Below, one piece after another: positions 53,801 through 64,000 of a stretch of DNA of 64,000 nt. Position 1 is the stretch's first letter; the number at the start of each line of letters is the position of its first letter. Below the pieces are notes generated by a model. It had not been told where the DNA came from and did no database searches. It saw only the letters and a program-made list of their open reading frames with translations. Made by a program: the position numbers and the translations under genes. Origin of the DNA: Lytechinus pictus (lineage: Eukaryota); contig NC_087251.1 in NCBI RefSeq assembly GCF_037042905.1, forward strand, positions 42,720,001 to 42,784,000, in the 5' to 3' direction.

Positions 53801-55864
53801 TCAAGGATCAGTGATCGGCCCTGCCCTTTTCTTGCTTTACATCAACGACATCACTGCAAATATCCAGTCCAAGATGCGCCTCTTTGCAGACGACAGTGTG
53901 ATATACCGAGATATCAACACAGCACATGATGTCTCATCCTGCAGCAAGATCTTCAAACCCTATCAGATTGGTCAGCAAAGTGGCTTATGGCTTTTAATGT
54001 CAAGAAGTGTGCTTCCCTTACCATTACTAGGAAGCGAGCTCCCATACAACACAACTACAGGCTTTCCAATGAGGTAATAGCAAAGGTCGACCAATACAAA
54101 TACCTCGGAGTCACCATCTCCAAAGACCTCCGATGGAATACGCACTGTCAACTTATTGCGAACAAGGCCAGCAAAACCCTTGGGTTGCTGAGAAGAACTC
54201 TCTCACCTTGTTCTGAAAAGGCCAAATCAAATGCGTATATGGCCTTGGTTCGACCGCAGCTTGAGTATGGTGCTGAAGCCTGGAATCCCCACACCACTAC
54301 TACGGCTGCAAGCCTGGAAAGGGTACAGAAAACAGCTGCTCGCTTTGTGACCCGCGACTATAGAAAATCTACATCAGCCTCAGGACTTGTCTCAAATTTG
54401 GGATGGGACCAGCTGCACACACGTCGTATCCTTGCACAAAGCACCATGCTCTATCAGATATACCACCAGTTTGTGAATATCCAGCTTCCACACTTCATAA
54501 CCCAGGCTCCATACATCAGTAGAAGAGATCATATGCTAAAACTCTCTGTACCACAAGCAACGATTGATGCATACAAATTTTCATATTATCCCCGTACCAT
54601 TCGTATCTGGAACCATCTACCAGCTAAAGCAGTTACTGCCCCATCAGTTGCTGTCTTCCGGGGGGCTGCCCTTCCTGTCATCAGAGGGTTAAAGCCTCCT
54701 GTAGGTTCCAGGATGCTGTAAGCACTAGGAGCATGATTTTTACTTGCACTTCACCAATTTTATTGTAAATAGAATTCCAACAAAATTGTCTGCACCATCA
54801 CCTTCTGTCACAGCACATCCCATCCCAGTTTAGCTTGGAAGAGCTGCTTAAGGGATTATTCCTTCAAGGTTCAAGATGAAAATAAAAATCAAACACTCAT
54901 GAATGATTACGGTATAGCATATAGCAAGATCCCCTTCCCCTCGTTGACAAGTTAAATGAAGATAAAGCCATGCGGAAACATTCATCTCTTGGGGGAAAAT
55001 GACCCCCAATCTTTACTTTTTTTTCCTTTCTTATCAACTTCTCAAATTAACCATAAACAATTCGATGATCACTCTACTCCCCCTGTCCCATTACAGTCGT
55101 AAAACTTTGCATCCCACTTGGTCTGTATGTTCATGGTCGAATGAAATCTGACCAATGAAATCATAGAAATCTCGGGAATTGCTCTTCAATCAGTGAGCTG
55201 AGTTTCGCGAGCAGACAAAGCACGTGGCTGTATGTACCGATGCGACAATCAGCGACATGCGATTGGTGGTTTAGTTCACCCATCGAGCCAATTAGCGAAA
55301 GGCGCATTACATAAGCACGCTTTCTTCGACACGCCCCTGGCCCTACTATGCCTACAGTTCAGTGCACTGGCGCTGGCCGCCTCGGCCAATCACGTTTGGC
55401 CGGACTGTATATATAGATATTCATGAGCTCAGAATCCCGCTACAAGGGGACTGCATGCGCTGGCCTAGCTGGTACGAGTACGAGTGCGAGCGTAGTTAAT
55501 TTGGCAAGTATCCAAAGTGTGGTCCAGGTATGGACGACTAGGAAGAGTCGCCATTTTAGAACTGTGAGTTACCCAATAAATCTGTCATCAGATAATCAAA
55601 TTCGAGATAACAGTTGATTCGTTGAGCGCTATAACTTTCATAGTTTCATGTCAACAAGATAGAGATAAAATGGTTTGATGTGACAGAGGTACACACGAGC
55701 ACATGCAGTCAATCAAGTACAAATTGTCTACCGGTACGCTACGAATGAACTATAGCTTTATCAGTCTATCATTACCGAACCCCGAACCGAACCAATGTTC
55801 GGCAAATTTCTGCCGAACCTTGCCGAACCGAACCGAACCCGAACATGGCGCCTGACTTGCAGCA

Positions 55865-55867
<3 letters not shown>
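50848..55867. mobile_element. hAT-like non-autonomous element inserted in (TA)n, carrying a LINE
   Basis: TIR TAGTGCTG / CAGCACTA; 8-bp flanks ATATATAT on both sides; subterminal CCGAAC repeats at both ends. Confidence 0.8.
51720..54875 (+). mobile_element. 5'-truncated LINE (CR1/L2-type) with APE and RT domains, single frameshift
   Basis: ORF 51762-54077: APE motifs (INCNG, GCESKL, GGDFNLP, SDH) and RT motifs (LDFKKAFD, GVPQGSVIGP, FADD). Frameshift at ~53931 restores ILQQDLQTLSDW...YLGV...RIWN, ending at 54721. 3' TTCAAGG/TTCAAGA tail. Confidence 0.93.
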
Positions 55868-55907
<40 letters not shown>

Positions 55908-55925
55908 GAAATAAATTGGATATTT

Positions 55926-55961
55926 GTCTAGCTTTCAATCATCAATGATCTTCGTCAGGAC
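55926..55961 (-). ncRNA. Minimal type I hammerhead ribozyme (Penelope-like element relic)
   Basis: On -: gtc-CTGACGA-A-gatca(ttga)tgatt-GAAA-gc-TA-gac, giving a 3-bp stem I, 5-bp stem II and palindromic AGCT stem III; lies ~20 nt from a (TA)n tract. Confidence 0.7.
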
Positions 55962-56157
55962 TGCAAGCACAAAATACAGAATACAATATGAAAGCCTAAA
56001 TTTAATTTATATATAGTTACTTAAAATTCTATTCATGTATAAAGGTATACATTCTTAACCCAGCTTGGTTTTGGAGCTTGGTACAGCGCCCTTGTTCACG
56101 CTAACACCACCGAGCTTGAAATCACCCACTGCATCTGTCTTTCTTGATTCCACCCAC

Positions 56158-56397
56158 CTTCCTCCCATGCAGCCGAATCAATGTCTTGAAAGACATCTTC
56201 TATTCTTGCTACTGGAGGCCTGATGTCCCTGTCCCCCATGTACTGCATCTGGTAGATATCGGCATGCCGCCACTGGAAACGCTCAGATGCTTCTCTCCTG
56301 ATGTCCTCTAGCGTAGGACAAAACTGTTGATGCCTGCAGAGGCTGAGCACTTTGGATGCTCCATTCTCTAACAACTCTCTCGACATGAATCCTGGAC
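56158..56397 (-). CDS. TFB2M: TFB2M coding exon 2 (240 nt)
   Basis: GPGFMSRELLENGASKVLSL...HADIYQM...RPP...AAWEE; TGTAG/GTGGGT, phase 1-1. Confidence 0.9.
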
Positions 56398-56947
56398 CTA
56401 CATGTACATGAAATATATGGGAAAATATAGCAGATTGATCGGTGAAATCAATTGTATTATACTAATAATTAACAGTTGGTCTATCGGAGACAAGAAATCG
56501 CTCTGAATTTCTAATTTATATCTGTGTCAAGAAAGACAAAAGAGTGAAAGGGAGTATCATCCCAGGTGGGGGCACTCGGATTATATTTTGATGGGGTGTG
56601 CCTCACAATACCCTGAAATTGGGGTCTAAGAAATCGAATACAAGGGTAAAATACAGGGTATTGGGAACTACAAATATACCAGGCAGGCAGTGTGAAAAAC
56701 AGGGTCTATGGGAACCTGTACTGTAGATTCTACTGTAGACTGATTGTACTGTAGCTACAGTAGCGCTGTGCAAGTGGGCACTATCTATGCATGGCCTAAG
56801 CTTCATACATATGCATGAAGAAGGGAACATGCATCTTTAAAAGTGATAGTAAAGAACCCTACAAATCAGTATCTGATATTAATAATCATATTCCACAATG
56901 TATGAAACCCTGATGTATACCTCCCAAATATTGAAATCATATTCTAC

Positions 56948-57476
56948 CTTCATTAGCAGAGATAATAGTAGCAGTCTCTTCCCTCAGGGTATCACCAGGC
57001 CAGATGCATTCCCTGACAGTTCGTGCTAAGCTCTGGGTCAAAACAAATCTCTGCTTGGGACTTCTTAGAAGATTGGTGTGCTTCAGTAATTCTCCTTCTC
57101 TCTTTGGACGATTACCTTCAGACGCATTTTCGCTATTTATCCCTTCTTTCCAGGGTTTATCCAAGCATTGTGTACCAGTTGAAAAATACCTGGCAGGTTG
57201 TCTGCTTCCACTTGAAGGCAAGGATTTATGTTTCAAGCAGGACCCGTCCGGTTGGAGCTCCTTGTCACTGGATAGTCTTGGAGAGAACACACTGTTATTT
57301 GTAGTACAAAGAGAGGCAGCATGTAGACTTAGGAGATATCTTGGTCTAGTACTTGCAAGAACCACCAACCGTTGCATCCGCTGAAGCGAGTATGTCTTTC
57401 GGAGGAAACTGAAAGTGCAAAGTCTGTGGTGGGGTAGACCATGCACTGGGATGGTCTTCCGGAGACAAGACATCAT
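56948..57476 (-). CDS. TFB2M: TFB2M coding exon 1 (mitochondrial presequence and N-terminus)
   Basis: R/L/S-rich, acid-poor N-terminus, then KQRFVLTQSLARTV...IISANE; donor G|GTAGAA; upstream acceptor TTCTTGACACAG at 57498. Total CDS is 1464 nt (487 aa + stop). Confidence 0.85.
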
Positions 57477-57591
57477 TCTTGATTTTCAAATTTCAACCTG
57501 TGTCAAGAAAAACAAGAGTGAAAGGGAGGATATCTAACTTTTAAAAATTTCATCCATGATTGAAATAAATCACCTCTGTGATTAATTCCTT

Positions 57592-58360
57592 ATGCAGGAA
57601 TGGGGCTACACCATAGATGGGGACACTGCTTGCAAGTGTGGGGAGGATCAGACAATGCAACACCTTCTGCCCCGTATTATTATCAAACAATTCGATTTTT
57701 CTGTAAGTAGCACCAATCTATTCAAGGAATTAAAGTGGCAGCCTTTTGAAAACAGACGGGACTATTTTTTTAGTATATTAGCATATCAATGCATTTATGG
57801 GCTTGCACCTTCTAGATTGTGTAATGAAATCGAAATGTATTTTGAAAGACATGGTACATGTATCAATAATAGAAATTACAACTCATTAAACGCAGTCTTG
57901 CCAAAACCCAACAAGGAAATTTTTGAACTCTCATCCAAATATGCTGCTATAAAAGTCTGGAACTCTTTGCCAACATCAACGCAAAATATCCAATCCCTGT
58001 AATCTTTTAAATGTGTATATAAAGCTGCCTTTTTTAACTAATGTCATGTTTATTCTTTTATCAATTGTTACCTTACCTCCTGAATATTAATTTTGTCTCA
58101 TTTCTACATATTTTTTTTAGAGAATTATTAACTTTGTTTTAACTTGTAATTCTTTTAGATTACTATATTATTTTTTGTAGCTTTATATCATGAATTCCCT
58201 AGTCATTTTGTTAAATTGAATTGTATTTGTTATTTTTAATCTATTTGATCATTTTTTTATATTCAATTTTGTAACCTGTTGTATCAGGACCATGATGTAA
58301 AACAGCTGTGCTGATCATGTTTTTATCCTGTATAAATAAATAAATTCAAATAAATAAATA
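57592..58360 (+). mobile_element. Two abutting LINE 3' fragments (RTE-like WG..C.CG..QT..HLL; L2/Crack-like C-terminus with 3' tail)
   Basis: LFKELKW...AYQCIYGLAP...KVWNSLP; 3' CAGGACCATG...ATCCTG followed by (TAAA)n. Confidence 0.7.
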
Positions 58361-58708
58361 TATAAATAAGGATATAAAAATAGAAATGTCCTATTCCCAA
58401 AAGGCAAGTGAAAATTATTTGCTTGGCTTTTAATTGTATTCCAGTCAGAATAGACTTTTGCCACAGCTGTTAAAATATTTGTAATGGCTTCTTAATTTTT
58501 TCCCTTTCTCTTCCCCCTTTTCCCAATTTTAGTTTTCATTCTGTTTTATTAATTTTTCTTTCATGTTGTTTTGTTTCTTTTCTTTTTTCTAATTTGTTTA
58601 TTTTCTTTTATTTCTCTTCTTTTTCTTTAATTATTTTTGTTTGTCTCCCACTTTTATGCATTGTTCTAATTTTGCAGCATATTTTTATATGATTTTCTCC
58701 TGCTATAA

Positions 58709-59019
58709 TATGCGAAAGGGTCTTTCCAAGGACCGTCTTCCGTGTCGCCCATTTTGTTATGATGCGCCATGTGAAACGCATTTTGAATAAATTACCTGCA
58801 AACATATTTAATTCATCCGTTAAACTAAAGTAAACAAAATCTTTGTTTATGAAATGATGTGATATATCATGAAATTGTATACAATATGATTTAAATGCTA
58901 GCTAACAAATTTTATTTGTTTATCCTACATTTCAGAAATATACCGCATACAGCACATCATAAAAGATCTGATGCCTGATGGGCGACACGAATGACGGTCC
59001 TTGGAGACCCTTTCGTGCA
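58709..59019. mobile_element. MITE with ~38-bp TIRs
   Basis: CGAAAGGGTCTTTCCAAGGACCGTCTTCCGTGTCGCCC / GGGCGACACGAATGACGGTCCTTGGAGACCCTTTCG. Confidence 0.7.
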
Positions 59020-59435
59020 ATCGGCCCCAGAATTTCCCAACACTAGACTACACTTAAGTTTAGGAAGTGTACGTACCATGATTATGAATGACAATTGACA
59101 TACACAACTCAAAACAAGTCACACAAAAAAACAAAACAGGAACAGCATAATACATGGTTCCCCCACACATCATGAGGCCATTACTATTAAAGGCGTATGC
59201 AAGTCTTATACACGCACGTTCGACGGGTATCAACACAGTTACGTGATATTGTCGATCAAATTGTACAGGAAATACTTAACAGGTAGAATTAAGCTGTGGT
59301 ACATCCGCTTTCCGATGCTTGTCACTTGCCATTATTCAATTTAGCTGGTTTCCCAAGCTGCAGCAAAAACCATTGACAAAACGATAGAAATAGAAAGCAA
59401 AATATTAATCATTTAGTTTTTTTTCTTTTTCTTAC

Positions 59436-59480
59436 CACTGGCACTGGCAGTCTCGCGGAGATTGAAATTTTGGTTGGTTT
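59436..59480 (-). other. TFB2M: Candidate non-coding first exon of TFB2M
   Basis: On -, CCAGTG|GTAAGA donor upstream of the acceptor at 57498; 5' limit unknown. Confidence 0.35.
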
Positions 59481-59744
59481 AATATTTTGATCTTTTCCAG
59501 GCCGAGCATGGACACAGGTACCATCATATTATGAGGCGCCGAATGTACCAATATTATATAGAACAATTATTTGTTATATAATCATCATTTATTAAATGAT
59601 AACTATTATTTATATATAATTTACATTTTATTTGTAAATAACTACTATTATATAAAATAACATTTCTAATTATTTATATATAATTCCAAGTAATACTTCA
59701 TTATTTGTAAATAACAATAGTTCGACATTCCATTATTTATAAAT

Positions 59745-59872
59745 ATAATGATTATTTGTTTTTCATTATTTATAAATAATGATTATTTGTTTTTCATTAT
59801 TTATAAATAATGATTATTTGTTTTTCATTATTTATAAATAATGATTATTTGTTTTTCATTATTTATAAATAA
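59745..59872. repeat. Minisatellite, 4 x 31 bp
   Basis: TGATTATTTGTTTTTCATTATTTATAAATAA tandem copies. Confidence 0.9.
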
Positions 59873-61214
59873 ATTGGACAAAAAATATAGCATACCCTAT
59901 AGGCTTAATTGAGTCAAGTTATTAAAAGTGTACGATGGGTATATGGGTATTGACCTATCAATGCCGTCAGTAGCAATTAAGTTCAGAGCGCTATTCTGCA
60001 ATCTTTTCATTTGCATCATATGCTATATTTCCACAATTTTTTTTAAAAGTTCATATTGATGGCCTAAAATATATCATTTCATTAAGCACGGCCCTTATCC
60101 TGACCCCCGTCGTTGTTTTATTTTCATGAGATCTGTCCTCATGGAATCCAGGAAATTCCAGGATCGCGAATTATAGTTTTCCAGGGTCATTCCAGGAAGT
60201 TATCATTTTCGGGAATGATACTATTTCCTGAATATTATGTCAAAATCTATCACAAAATTTGATCTTTTTAATTAAAATGTCATTTTTTTTTGCTCGTTCG
60301 CTTCGCTCGCTCGTAACTCTGTATAACATTTGCCTGTTAAAGTGTTATATGTTTCGCCCCCTCAAAAGTTTTGGCTCAATTGCGGCTCTAGCTGGGCCCT
60401 ATATTCATTTTTTTGTGTGAGGGTGTGTGTGTGTGTGTGTATAGAAGAGAATTATAACTTATGGAAGACTGGAGAACATTCGGAAAATTCCAGGAACTTT
60501 CAGAGTAAATTCCAATCCGGGAAGTCCCGTTTTGAAAAGTGGAATCACATGCATGCCACACTGCACTGTGCTCTTATATCTCTAACATCAGATCACAGCG
60601 CAGCCGGTGTCATAGACGAATTGAAACGGGCAGCCGATCGGGGCAGGAGGAACTAATCGGCGGCTCTTTTATCCGCTGATTAGTTCCGAATTTTGTTGTG
60701 TGATGCGATCGTCATAGCCGATTTGTTCCGACCAGGCGATTTGTTCCTATACGCCATTCATGCAACTTTGACACCCCTACAGCAAAAATGTGAAATTCCA
60801 GTGGTCCTTTTCAACCAATTGGTTCCTCCAAATCAACCACACCCACAATTGCCGATTTTAGAATCTTATTTTGGGACAAAGAGAAGTATATATGTTTTGG
60901 GAATACAATTTATGCATTATTTTAGCACACTTCCAATTATTGATTACAGCTGTGTGGGGCCACGAAGCCATATTCACACTGAGTGCTCCCTTTGTACGCC
61001 TGTGCTCATTCGGGGTGTGAATTTCGATTTTGTATAGATCTATATGTCTTCATTACTCAAGTAAGAAACCGGGGCAAGAAATAGGATGGGATGGCGACTG
61101 GCTGCTGAGGGTGGGTGGGGGTAAACACTGCTGCGTGCTCACCAAAACCCCGAAAGTAAGTAGAAAATGAAAAATAATACATGTAATATATAAATAATAG
61201 AACTAAAAGCTTAA

Positions 61215-62795
61215 AGGTCAAGTCCACCCCAGAAAAAATGTTGATTTGAATAAATAGAGAAAAATCAAACAAGTATAACGCTGAAAATTTCATCAAAATC
61301 GGATGTAAAATAAGAAAATTATGGAATTTTAAAGTTTTGCTTATTTTTCACAAAACTGTGATATGCACAATTAAGTGAGTCAGTCGATGATGTCCATCAC
61401 TCACTATTTCTTTGTTTTTTATTGTTTGAATTATACAATTGTTAATTTTTTACAGATTTGACAATAAGGACCGATTTGACTGAACCATATAGTATAAAAC
61501 AATGCTATCTACACACAGTGGCGTACCGTGGGTCACGGCATTGGGGGGGGGGCACCAGCAAAAATGTTGAGTCACTCAGTGAGCGCGCGAAGCGCGCTCA
61601 GTTGCAACGTATACTGACCTAATATACATTTTAAGGACAAAGCCATAAAACGGATATGTATCTCACTGATCAAATAATGCGAGCGCGAAGCGCGAGCTTA
61701 TCCTTTTTTTATATTCAGACCTAAAAGAGGACATATTAAGCAATTTTTTGTTATGATACATACCTGTCTCGATAAACAAACAACGCGAGCGCGAAGCGCG
61801 AGCTGAAATTTTGCATATATTGACCCCAAACAGGCATATTTTAATGACTATTTTTTAAGGACTCCATTAAGATTATATATCTCACCATTTAGTCATCTAA
61901 TCGAGTGCCAAACGCTTGCTGATATTGTTAGAATTACATCTAAACACATGAATTACTTGTTGAAGTCATTGTAATCATGATTATCATACGCATCTTACAA
62001 ATCAAATACTGCGAGTGCGAAGCGCGAGCTGAAAATTTAGGAAATTCAGACCTGAAGAGGGACATTTTAAGGCTTGTTTGTAGGAATTCACTAAGACCAT
62101 ACGTATTTCACTAACCAAATTATGCGAGCACGAAGCGCGAGCTGAAAATTTTTGATATTCAGACCAGAAAAAAAGGGACATTTTAAGGACTGATTTTAAG
62201 AATTCATGAAGATCAGTCATACATGTATCTCACCAATCCACTATTGCGAACGTGAGCACGGACAGGAAATGTTTTACATGAAGGCCTTAGAATATGGGGC
62301 AATCGCTTTAAGTTGTCATAAAAAAGAAGCATATGTCACTACATAAAACAATAACTCGAAGTGCGAGGAAATATATATGGTGTATATTGACTTGAAAACG
62401 GAAGGTTTTAGCACAACAGGATTATATATCTCGTTAAACAGACAATACGAGCACCAGGAACAATGAAGACATAGGCCATGAGCAAATTATGTTTCATAAA
62501 GATATGAAAATAAAAATGTTTCTTATGTAATATAACATAACATAGTTATTATAAAATATAAAATTATAATGAACAATAATGTCTTCTTTCCCACTACGTT
62601 TCTCTTCCTTTCTCCCTCTTTTTCTCCTTTTCCCCGTTTTTTTTTTTTTTTTTTTTTTGGCCAGCCGATTGGGGGGGGGGGGAGGGGGCACGTGCCCCCC
62701 TATGCCCTCCCGTAGTTACGCCACTGTCTACACAGTCATGTTCAGGGAGGAATTAATCATTGTTTCACTTGACAATGAGGAGACAGTTAGAATAT
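61215..62795. mobile_element. Truncated Kolobok-like MITE with inserted hAT MITE (61516-62726)
   Basis: TTAA|AGGTCAAGTCCACCCC; inner TIR CAGTGGCGTA/TACGCCACTG with exact TSD TCTACACA; internal GCGAGCGCGAAGCGCGAGC units. Confidence 0.85.
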
Positions 62796-63122
62796 TGATC
62801 ATTATGTTCGACCTTTGGGCGGCTATTCATGGGGGGGGGGGGGACAAATTGACATTACTTATAGGGGGCATCGGAAAAAAGGGGGCATTGGAAAAAAAGT
62901 GGGGGGCTGAAGCCCCCCCCCCCCCCAGCCCCCCCCCCCCCGCTTCCGCGGCCCCTGACACACACACACACATGTGTATATTTTATGACGACTCAAAATT
63001 ACTGGTCGTAGCTTCTTACGATCATCAGAGATTGGCGCAAAAAGAGAGATACTAAGCAGCTATACAAGTTTTGTATTGCCATTTTTTTTCCACTGATTAT
63101 TGAAGTATATATGGCACCGACG

Positions 63123-63161
63123 CACAGTGGGCCAGAATGAACCCAAAGTGCGCCAAAACCC
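63123..63161 (+). mobile_element. Possible Transib/RAG-like transposon left terminus (RSS-like)
   Basis: CACAGTG + 23 bp + CCAAAACCC; GC-rich 5-bp flank CGACG; no partner end in the window. Confidence 0.35.
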
Positions 63162-63579
63162 ATTATTCACACATTTGTATGATTAAATTTGGTAGATATG
63201 GGTAATTTCACCCGTAGAATTCAATAAAAGTATTTTCAAATATTGATGACGTCGTTAAAATACTGTTTTCTGATTGGCTGTTAATATTTGAGCAGAAATT
63301 ACATGTTTCTAATTCTACAATAAGTTTCAAATTTTCAGAAACTAGTTTTAGATACATTTCAGCAATAATTAAGCATATCAGCAAACAGCAAACACACAAA
63401 CAGGCAACCAAACCAGAAAAGTCTGTGCTCGGGGTACAAATAATTCAATTGGTGACCTGAGTATCGCTTAAAGAGGGCGTCCTACCATGAATCCGGAATT
63501 GTAAAATTCAAAGTGAAATTGTAAAAAAAAAAATGAAAAGGAGTATTTTTATTCCCTGTGTACAATGATTAACCACACC

Positions 63580-63822
63580 TACATGCATTAAAATGGATTG
63601 ATACCAGAAGTGGACAGTGAAATCTTTAAAATAATGATTCCAGTGATTAGAGGCCGGGTCCTCTGCAGGTTAATCAGTACAAGGCCCTACAAGCTAGGCC
63701 TACCAAGAACGGCGTATACAAAGTTATTCCGAATCAGAGTCTCTCTCTACTATCTCAACAACTATTATGTCTTTGGTGAGAAGATCTTTTTAGCATACAA
63801 CATCAGGGGGAAGAGGCTGTGA
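63580..63822 (+). mobile_element. Decayed LINE ORF2 C-terminal fragment
   Basis: HALNGLIP...TRPYKLGLPRT..TKLFR resembles the LINE C-terminal YKL..PR motif. Confidence 0.35.
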
Positions 63823-64000
63823 TTGTTGTACTCTTAAAAACTTGCTCCTAATCACAATGTCACCTGTTACCATTAGCATGTGGAATACATATAAAGTCAA
63901 TGAGAATCATAAACCAAACAATCATTGAAATGATAATATACACTTCCTTCTTGATCGATACCAACAATTATAGCAAATTTAGAATGAGCCAAGAGATAAA

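Noticed and set aside
57592..58002. 136-aa ORF as a host gene
   Set aside because: Chance in-frame junction of two LINE fragments followed by a retrotransposon 3' tail.

Overview
AT-rich, intron-containing animal genomic DNA. The repeat landscape looks like a sea urchin or other invertebrate deuterostome; this is an inference, not a match. Two spliced genes can be rebuilt by hand, with consistent exon phases and GT-AG junctions, and they converge. (1) On +, a 12-exon gene (19724-30022) encodes an ~896-aa predicted secreted galaxin-like protein made almost entirely of di-cysteine repeats (~44 CC pairs). (2) On -, mitochondrial transcription factor B2 (TFB2M) has 7 coding exons (57476-38640, ~487 aa). 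The rest is dense with non-autonomous DNA transposons (TTAA-flanked Kolobok-like MITEs, hAT MITEs with 8-bp TSDs, CACTA-like, piggyBac-like, Helentron-like), tRNA-derived SINEs, LINE relics, one nearly intact APE+RT LINE and microsatellites. Main points of interest: a 4.8-kb modular TGT...ACA foldback element; a minimal Penelope-type hammerhead ribozyme sense to a TFB2M intron; clusters of NF-kB/IRF/STAT/AP-1 sites in and upstream of the galaxin-like gene; a CACAGTG-23 bp-nonamer RSS-like terminus; multi-level transposon nests; and local duplications of both the start and stop regions of TFB2M. No prokaryotic-type system (CRISPR, operon) is supported.
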